Source: an uncultured virus (IMG/VR IMGVR_UViG_3300005528_000053)
Taxonomy: Duplodnaviria; Heunggongvirae; Uroviricota; Caudoviricetes
Virus record (IMG/VR): IMGVR_UViG_3300005528_000053
Length of the DNA stretch: 64,000 nucleotides
Direction: 5' to 3' (one strand)
Shown here: positions 57,699 to 64,000 of the stretch, piece after piece
Layout: every line of letters starts with the position of its first letter
Position numbering within the stretch: position 1 is the stretch's first letter
Notes under the pieces: model-generated
What the model was told of the DNA's origin: nothing
The model's database searches: none
Seen by the model: the letters and a program-made list of their open reading frames with translations, nothing else
Position numbers and translations under genes: made by a program

Positions 57699-58860
57699 CG
57701 ACATTAGAACTGTACACTTAGAAGTTACAGATAGCTGTAACGCAGCCTGCCCAATGTGTGCTAGAAACATTAACGGTGGCGAAGACAATCCTCAGTTACC
57801 AAACACAGAATTACATCTTGATGATGTTAAAAGAATATTTACAGTTGAGTTTATACAGCAATTAGACAGACTATATATGTGTGGCAATTATGGAGATCCT
57901 ATTGCTGCTAGAGATACTTTAGAAATATTTGAATATTTTAGACAATCTAATCCTAAAATGAATTTAAGTATGCACACCAACGGCAGTGCGAAGAAACCGG
58001 ATTGGTGGGCACGTCTTGCTCAAGTTATGGGAAAAAATTCTAATGTAGTGTTTAGTTTAGACGGATTAGAAGATACTAATCATCTGTACAGACAAAATAC
58101 TATATGGTCTAAAATTATGGAAAATGCTCAGGCTTTTATAAATGCTGGCGGCAGGGCAAGATGGGATTATATTGTATTTGAACACAACGAACATCAGGTC
58201 GACGAGGCCAGAGCATTAAGTGGGAAAATGGGGTTTGAAAAGTTTCAATTTAAAAAATCAGCAAGATTTTTCAGCAATGCCTCGGGCGCAACAAAAGACA
58301 CTCATCAAGCGGCCAATCGTAAAGGACAAGCAACTACTCTTTTAAAACCTCCTACTGATGACAAGTATAAAAATACAGCATTAGCAGAATTAAGTAAAAT
58401 TGATAAAAAACTAGAAGATACTATTTCTTTTGTTCCAAGTAAAGCAGAAGAAGCATTCATTGTGCAAAGTAAACAAAAATTTCATATTGATCCCTCTAAG
58501 AAAAAACCAATGGAGAAGTATTGGGACGAAGTTCCAATAAAATGTAAAGTAGCAGAAGAAAAAAGTCTTTATGTTTCAGCTGAAGGTATTGTTCAACCTT
58601 GTTGTTGGACCGCCGGACAAATGTATGTTTGGTATTGGTTACCAGAAGGCGGCCAAATTTGGCAAGCAATTAATAAAGTAGGAAAAGAAAATTTAAATGC
58701 CAAAAATCACAGTTTAGAATCAATCGTAAATGGATTATATTTTCAAGATATTGTTCCTAATAGTTGGACCAAATCTAGTTGTGCTGACGGGAAATTACAA
58801 ATCTGTGCCAAAACATGTGGTGTAAAAAACGATATGTTCAGTAACCAATTTGCCAATTAA
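57682..58860 (+). CDS. Radical SAM protein with C-terminal twitch/SPASM-like region
   Basis: CNAACPMC, GNYGDP, HTNG, FSLDG and a C-terminal C..PCC..CAKTC. Confidence 0.88.
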   Translation: MIYHYNDIRTVHLEVTDSCNAACPMCARNINGGEDNPQLPNTELHLDDVKRIFTVEFIQQLDRLYMCGNYGDPIAARDTLEIFEYFRQSNPKMNLSMHTNGSAKKPDWWARLAQVMGKNSNVVFSLDGLEDTNHLYRQNTIWSKIMENAQAFINAGGRARWDYIVFEHNEHQVDEARALSGKMGFEKFQFKKSARFFSNASGATKDTHQAANRKGQATTLLKPPTDDKYKNTALAELSKIDKKLEDTISFVPSKAEEAFIVQSKQKFHIDPSKKKPMEKYWDEVPIKCKVAEEKSLYVSAEGIVQPCCWTAGQMYVWYWLPEGGQIWQAINKVGKENLNAKNHSLESIVNGLYFQDIVPNSWTKSSCADGKLQICAKTCGVKNDMFSNQFAN

Positions 58861-58880
58861 CATAATAACTAAATATTTCC

Positions 58881-60287
58881 ATGACACAAAAATATCCATC
58901 AGACACATTTTGTATTCTTCCTTGGATACATTTAAGTACAAGACCTGACGGTAGTATGAGAGTATGTTGCACTGCTAATGCTAGCGGTGTTGGATCTACA
59001 AATGCTGAAACCGGGGGTCATGTCGGAATGTTGAAGACAGAAGAAGGTAAACCAGCTAACTTAAATGTTAGCGATTTCCAATCAAGCTGGAACAGCACTT
59101 ACATGAAAAATGTAAGAAAAATTATGTTAGATAATGGACAGCCAGAAAGCTGTTCAAAATGTTATAAAGAAGAAGAATCTGGTCATGTAAGCAAAAGACA
59201 ATGGGAAACTAACTATTGGGCTCAGCGTGTGGACATCGATCAGTTAATTGCACAGACAACAGATGATGGACAAGTCCCTCCTAATTTAAAATATATTGAT
59301 CTTAGATTCGGATCTAAATGTCAATTAGCCTGTGTAATGTGCAGTCCGCATGATAGTAGTAATTGGATTCCAGAATGGAATAAGATCCATCCTACTATAC
59401 AGAATAGAGAATTAAGCAAGACCATGGCATGGGAAAACAAGGGCAGTGTTAACGGCTCAAGTTTTAATTGGCATAAAAATAATCCTCTTTTTTGGCAGCA
59501 ATTCTATGAACAAATCCCGAATATGCAACAGCTTTATTTTGCAGGTGGCGAGCCATTAATCATAGAAGAACATTACGAAATTTTAGAAGAATGTATAAAG
59601 CAAGGACATGCTAAGAATTTAGAACTTCGTTATAACAGTAACGGAGTCGAATGGCGAGAAGATTTATTTGAGTTATGGAAAGAATTTAAACTTGTTCGAT
59701 TCCATTATAGTGTTGATGCAATAGGTGAAAAGAATGCCTATATTAGATATCCTAGTAAATGGGAACGTACAGAAGAAGTATTTAAGATTCTAGATACACA
59801 AACATCTGACAACGTAGAAATTACAGTTGCATGTGCAGTACAGGCATTGAACATTTATTATATTCCAGAATTTATCAAATGGAAATTACAACAGAACTAT
59901 AAAAAGATTAACATGTGGCCATTTGGTGCAGGTGGAATTAATCATCATTTTGTATATTGGCCACCACACCTAAATGTCAAGATCTTACCTCAATGGTTTA
60001 AAGACAAATGCGAACAACACTATGAGGAATTTATACCATGGTGGATAGAAAACTGGGAACTAGGTGTTCCTGAATGGCATAAAGGTAAGGTAACAAAAGA
60101 ACAGTGGCTTAACGCCGAGTATGGTATCAAAAGATTGCGCGGCATGATTAAATTTATGAAATCAGAAGATTGGACTAACCGATTACCTGAAACAACAGAA
60201 TATTTAAAAGCACTTGATACACATAGAGGTTTAAATTTTGAAGAAATTTTTCCAGAAATGACAGGAGTATTTTATGGAGTACACTAA
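58881..60287 (+). CDS. Radical SAM protein with N-terminal Cys-rich region
   Basis: CQLACVMC, AGGEP and an N-terminal FCILPW..RVCC..CSKC; CTAAATA motif at 58869-58875. Confidence 0.88.
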   Translation: MTQKYPSDTFCILPWIHLSTRPDGSMRVCCTANASGVGSTNAETGGHVGMLKTEEGKPANLNVSDFQSSWNSTYMKNVRKIMLDNGQPESCSKCYKEEESGHVSKRQWETNYWAQRVDIDQLIAQTTDDGQVPPNLKYIDLRFGSKCQLACVMCSPHDSSNWIPEWNKIHPTIQNRELSKTMAWENKGSVNGSSFNWHKNNPLFWQQFYEQIPNMQQLYFAGGEPLIIEEHYEILEECIKQGHAKNLELRYNSNGVEWREDLFELWKEFKLVRFHYSVDAIGEKNAYIRYPSKWERTEEVFKILDTQTSDNVEITVACAVQALNIYYIPEFIKWKLQQNYKKINMWPFGAGGINHHFVYWPPHLNVKILPQWFKDKCEQHYEEFIPWWIENWELGVPEWHKGKVTKEQWLNAEYGIKRLRGMIKFMKSEDWTNRLPETTEYLKALDTHRGLNFEEIFPEMTGVFYGVH

Positions 60288-61176
60288 AGGTTTAAGAAGG
60301 GAGCATTATATGCTTCCAATGGATCATCCTATAGCAGTTGAAAATATGCGTAGGCATATTAGCCGAGCATCAAAATCTGAAGATGCAATGTTTTCAAAAG
60401 AAGAATTAGATTGGATTTGGAAATTTGCATTTGCCGGAGGCAAAGAAGTTAGAATGAATAAAAACGGAACTGTGTTAGTAGCAGGACAGTTACATGAAGT
60501 TTATTTAAAATTTAAAGATAGAATCGATCAGTGTTTAGGTATACCTGCTGAAAAAAGTCCACAAGTGGGCGGTAATTATTTTATTACTCCCCAACAATAT
60601 GGATTACATAATGATAGTATAAGGCCTGAAGATTTTACAACTACATTTGATAAAGTCCCGTTGAATCACGAACAACGAAAATACACTTGTTGGAAAAATT
60701 GGTTGTTACCTTTATGGATAGGAACACATCTTAATGAAGAAGATGGTGGACAAATTGTATTCTTCGATCAGCGACATATTGACTGGGCGCATGTTTATAA
60801 TGGTGGCGGTCTAGTTCCTAATATTGCTAGTGTGTATAAAATTACCACTGATTACACTGAACTTCAATTCTATGACGGTCAAGGAACTGCTGTTCCTAAA
60901 GAAAACAATGCAACACCTTTTGATAAATCTGTTTTTGAGCAGGTAATGAATACTCCGTATGAAAGATTAAAAGGTTTAAGTGCTGAAACTATTTTAGATT
61001 GGGAACCAGGTAAACCTATGTGGTTCGATGCAGTACAGTTGCATAATACTAATGAAGGTACTAAGAGCAAAGGTAAAAAATTATGGAACGCTAAGATGGG
61101 TTTATTACTAACTTTCTTAGTTGAACTCGATGATGATTTACTTATAGAGTGGCGAAAAGAACAAGCTAAGATGTAA
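60274..61176 (+). CDS. Putative 2OG-Fe(II) oxygenase-fold protein
   Basis: HND facial motif, GGQIVF and a distal WFDAVQLH followed by K. Confidence 0.5.
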   Translation: MEYTKGLRREHYMLPMDHPIAVENMRRHISRASKSEDAMFSKEELDWIWKFAFAGGKEVRMNKNGTVLVAGQLHEVYLKFKDRIDQCLGIPAEKSPQVGGNYFITPQQYGLHNDSIRPEDFTTTFDKVPLNHEQRKYTCWKNWLLPLWIGTHLNEEDGGQIVFFDQRHIDWAHVYNGGGLVPNIASVYKITTDYTELQFYDGQGTAVPKENNATPFDKSVFEQVMNTPYERLKGLSAETILDWEPGKPMWFDAVQLHNTNEGTKSKGKKLWNAKMGLLLTFLVELDDDLLIEWRKEQAKM

Positions 61177-61884
61177 TTATAGATAGGGTAGTAGTCTAGG
61201 AACAATTAATTCTTCGGCTACTATCCTATTTCCTTGACTACTTAAATGGTGTCCGTCGTCTACAATATAAGAATTAAAATTGTCACCTAATTGTGTTTCA
61301 ACATCAAAATCAAGTAGATCAGTTGTGTGAGCCTGAAAGATATTATTATGTTTTTCCCACCAGATATTCCGATGACTATAGATTATGTAAGGAGTATTAG
61401 ATTTTTCTAATATTTTTTTAATCGAACATATTTGACCAAAGTATAAACTTTGATCATCCCAGTCGTAAGAGTAACTAAGTTTAGCAGCCATTCGATAATC
61501 TCTGTTATGTTTATGCCAGAATTGATCTATAGCTTTTCCGTAATTTGGATTCCAGAACACAAAACTTTTTCTTAAAGAAACATCACACTTATAAATGTTT
61601 GGATGAGAAACAGTAGGAGTCCAGTCTAAATTATAATGACCAGTTCTTATATGATGTCTACTGTCAGAAGTAACTTGAAATATAATAAAATCGTAGCCTT
61701 TACCTATCTCTGATTTTAGTACTTCAAATTGTGTTCCAAGATCGCAACCACCATGGGATGCACTGTAATAGAGAACATCAACATTTTTCTCTTTTAATAC
61801 TTCGACTGTATTTTCAGGTACTCCTTTTTGTCCTTCGTGATTAAATTGACTCCAACTGCACCCTAAATGTAATATTTTTTTCAT
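61177..61884 (-). CDS. SGNH/GDSL hydrolase-like protein
   Basis: LGCSWS block I and C-terminal DDGHHLSSQGN. Confidence 0.6.
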   Translation of the reverse strand: MKKILHLGCSWSQFNHEGQKGVPENTVEVLKEKNVDVLYYSASHGGCDLGTQFEVLKSEIGKGYDFIIFQVTSDSRHHIRTGHYNLDWTPTVSHPNIYKCDVSLRKSFVFWNPNYGKAIDQFWHKHNRDYRMAAKLSYSYDWDDQSLYFGQICSIKKILEKSNTPYIIYSHRNIWWEKHNNIFQAHTTDLLDFDVETQLGDNFNSYIVDDGHHLSSQGNRIVAEELIVPRLLPYL

Positions 61885-62615
61885 TTTAATTTTTCAATAA
61901 TTTTTGGTATTAAAACATTTTCAGCTATATATCTGTCACCGTTGGGCGACATATGAAATCCTCTGTCGATGGCAAATTTCTTAAAAGTTTCAATACCAAT
62001 GTACTCGTTAACACAAAAGTCTAGTTCGTCGTATATTTCTTTAAGTACTAATTGAGATATCCGAGTTTTATCTACCATTTGTTTCGAATCGTGTGCATAT
62101 ATTAAAAACGGAATATTTCTTTTTTTAAGTAAATTTTTAATTGTTACTATTCTACTTAAAAAAATACTTTCCCAATTAAAGTCGCCCGCATTTAAAAGTT
62201 TGGCCATTTTTAAATATGTTCCTTTATTCGACAGATAAGGCCAATGTTGATTAATAATTTCTTTATGCAGCGGCATCCAAAAAATATAGTTTTTAATAAG
62301 CCAGTTTCGACATTGTACAATATTAGGATGACTATCTTCTTTTTCCCATACAATATCAGAGTCTAATAGTTGACAATGAAATCTGTCAAATGTAGTTACT
62401 TCAAATAAAACAAAATCAATTTTTTCTTTACCGTTTAAAATGTTTAATAAAATTTCAAATTGAACACCTAATCCACAACCGCCCATAGCTGTTGAATAAT
62501 AGTTTACATCAATACCTCGATTAATAAGGCCTTCTGTTACAAAAAATGGTAAGCTATGATTAGGTACACCATTTACTTCACTCCAACTACTTCCAAGATG
62601 CAATATATTCTTCAT
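61881..62615 (-). CDS. SGNH/GDSL hydrolase-like protein (paralogue)
   Basis: LGSSWS, AMGGCG and DRGFHMSPNG. Confidence 0.6.
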   Translation of the reverse strand: MKNILHLGSSWSEVNGVPNHSLPFFVTEGLINRGIDVNYYSTAMGGCGLGVQFEILLNILNGKEKIDFVLFEVTTFDRFHCQLLDSDIVWEKEDSHPNIVQCRNWLIKNYIFWMPLHKEIINQHWPYLSNKGTYLKMAKLLNAGDFNWESIFLSRIVTIKNLLKKRNIPFLIYAHDSKQMVDKTRISQLVLKEIYDELDFCVNEYIGIETFKKFAIDRGFHMSPNGDRYIAENVLIPKIIEKLK

Positions 62616-63327
62616 ATGTTTTTTTATAACTTTCTATAACTAAATTTCTGTACTCTTTATATTGTTGAACTGGCCATCCATGTACAATAATATGTATTCT
62701 GGGAGTTTTACTATTGTTCCAAACAGCATGATTCGTGCTTATATCTATTAATCTAACATCTCCAGATTTCCATGGTATAACTCCGTAGTTTTCCATACCA
62801 AATTCGCAACCAACTGGATTATTTAACGCTATATTAATTGCTTGTAACTTTCTTTTATTGTTATCTCTATGAGGCATAATGTAGCCATCTGGTTCTAAAA
62901 GCATAAATCGTACCCTGAGAAATTTATCTAAAGGCCAACAACTTTTTAACCACATAGTTGTTATAGGACATTTGTCGGCTATCTCAGTCCAATGATAGTC
63001 GGGAAGATCTTTTAAATTTTCGTATTGTTCGTCACCTTGAGTAATATGTTTTCCTCGTCCGTGAATAACAAGACTTTTCCACCCTCTGTGATCTTCGCCT
63101 TCGTCTCGATGAGAATAAAATTCGTCAAGAAGAATTTCAGCTTCTTGATACATCTGTTCATGGGGAATCTCAACATTTAATCTAAGAGTTCTTAAGTTTG
63201 ATTCTTCAATAATCCATTTTAACTGAGCATCTAAATTTAGATGTTTTGGTATCTCAGTTAAATTATGATAATGATTTTCTTCTTTCCTTTTCTCGAAGAA
63301 TTCCGAGATATTCAGTGTAGTATTCAT
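62587..63327 (-). CDS. Aspartyl/asparaginyl beta-hydroxylase-like 2OG-Fe(II) oxygenase
   Basis: RVRFMLLEPDGYIMPHRD and HAVWNNSKTPRIHIIVHG. Confidence 0.8.
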   Translation of the reverse strand: MNTTLNISEFFEKRKEENHYHNLTEIPKHLNLDAQLKWIIEESNLRTLRLNVEIPHEQMYQEAEILLDEFYSHRDEGEDHRGWKSLVIHGRGKHITQGDEQYENLKDLPDYHWTEIADKCPITTMWLKSCWPLDKFLRVRFMLLEPDGYIMPHRDNNKRKLQAINIALNNPVGCEFGMENYGVIPWKSGDVRLIDISTNHAVWNNSKTPRIHIIVHGWPVQQYKEYRNLVIESYKKTYEEYIASWK

Positions 63328-64000
63328 ATAATTTTTGTCTCCAAGGAAAGTTGAATTCTGTATCAGGATCTAAACTAACATCTTTAACATGCATTAACGC
63401 ATATCCTCTTGTCGATGCTTCGCTAGTAGGTAACATTCCTAAAAAATAACTATCATTTTTTGCTAGTCTTTCTGCACTAGCTAATGTTTTTAACATTAAA
63501 TTAAAATGAATTTGACTGTACAAGTATGCTGTTTTCCTATAAGACAGAATATTGCTAAACGCATACAATGTATTACCATTCATCCTATTAATTAAATCTT
63601 CTATTTCAAAGAAGCTTTCTTTGAAATAGTTACAATTCAGTTCTAGTAATCTAAACTGCATTTCGGAATAAGGTTCTACAAGCCCGTTTAAAAATTCTTG
63701 TTCTGATTTTCTAATAGACTCTTGATTGCTAACTTGAAGATTGTACCCGCTAGAAAAACATAGTTGGTCATAATCTTTTCCGATATAATTGTCTAAAACA
63801 TTTTTTGTAAAATTGATTGCAGATTGACTAATATCTCTAAAATCTACAGTAGTAGCATTAGGGCACTTGTCAATAATCTGTAAGGCTTGTAGTCCGTTTG
63901 CGGGAGTTACAATTCTTTTAATTTGCGGGAGTTCAAATTTTACAATTGGTTCATTTGTACAATTAAAGATAGTGTCGTCAAACGTACATTCTATACGTAG
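63263..64000 (-). CDS. Hypothetical protein (partial; starts beyond the right edge)
   Basis: The frame of track ORF 63263..63661 stays open to base 64000 (LRIECTFDDTIFNCTNEP...IVTPANGLQAL...VDFRDISQSAI), with weak Rossmann-like motifs. Confidence 0.6.
   Translation of the reverse strand, partial: LRIECTFDDTIFNCTNEPIVKFELPQIKRIVTPANGLQALQIIDKCPNATTVDFRDISQSAINFTKNVLDNYIGKDYDQLCFSSGYNLQVSNQESIRKSEQEFLNGLVEPYSEMQFRLLELNCNYFKESFFEIEDLINRMNGNTLYAFSNILSYRKTAYLYSQIHFNLMLKTLASAERLAKNDSYFLGMLPTSEASTRGYALMHVKDVSLDPDTEFNFPWRQKLYEYYTEYLGILREKERRKSLS

Noticed and set aside
1001..61205. Many short antisense or alternative-frame ORFs in the track (e.g. 1249..1521, 11964..12275, 35545..35952, 44810..45208, 54813..55172)
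   Set aside because: They are nested within well-supported genes and are explained by codon bias on the coding strand.
1..64000. Stop-codon reassignment, as seen in some large phages
   Set aside because: Code 11 already gives near-complete coding density, including a 4599-codon ORF, and both TAG and TGA end genes at sensible boundaries.

Overview
AT-rich, gene-dense 64 kb segment of a large T4-superfamily (jumbo-type) myophage genome read in the standard genetic code. Left to right: minus-strand virion accessory genes, then the head module (gp23 capsid, gp22 scaffold, gp21 protease, acidic core protein, gp20 portal) and a tape-measure-like gene. Next come a gp26/gp51-like pair and a minus-strand gp55 (late sigma)-gp47-gp46-small basic protein-GIY-YIG operon driven by a perfect sigma70 promoter. 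A long plus-strand baseplate/tail-fibre module follows (gp53, hub, gp5, gp25, gp6, a 4599-aa giant protein, three paralogous fibre proteins), then a ~13 kb cluster of glycosyltransferase-like, methyltransferase-like, radical SAM, 2OG-Fe(II) oxygenase and SGNH-like genes. Best leads: (1) a ~490-nt non-coding, heavily base-paired and apparently pseudoknotted element directly after the GIY-YIG stop codon (candidate large ncRNA or origin); (2) a likely -1 frameshift fusing the gp26- and gp51-like ORFs; (3) a sigma70 promoter for the late sigma factor that overlaps a divergent late promoter; (4) a structured 5' leader at 3.4-3.5 kb; (5) the modification-enzyme island next to the tail-fibre genes. 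All product calls come from motif recognition and synteny by eye; no searches or folding programs were run.
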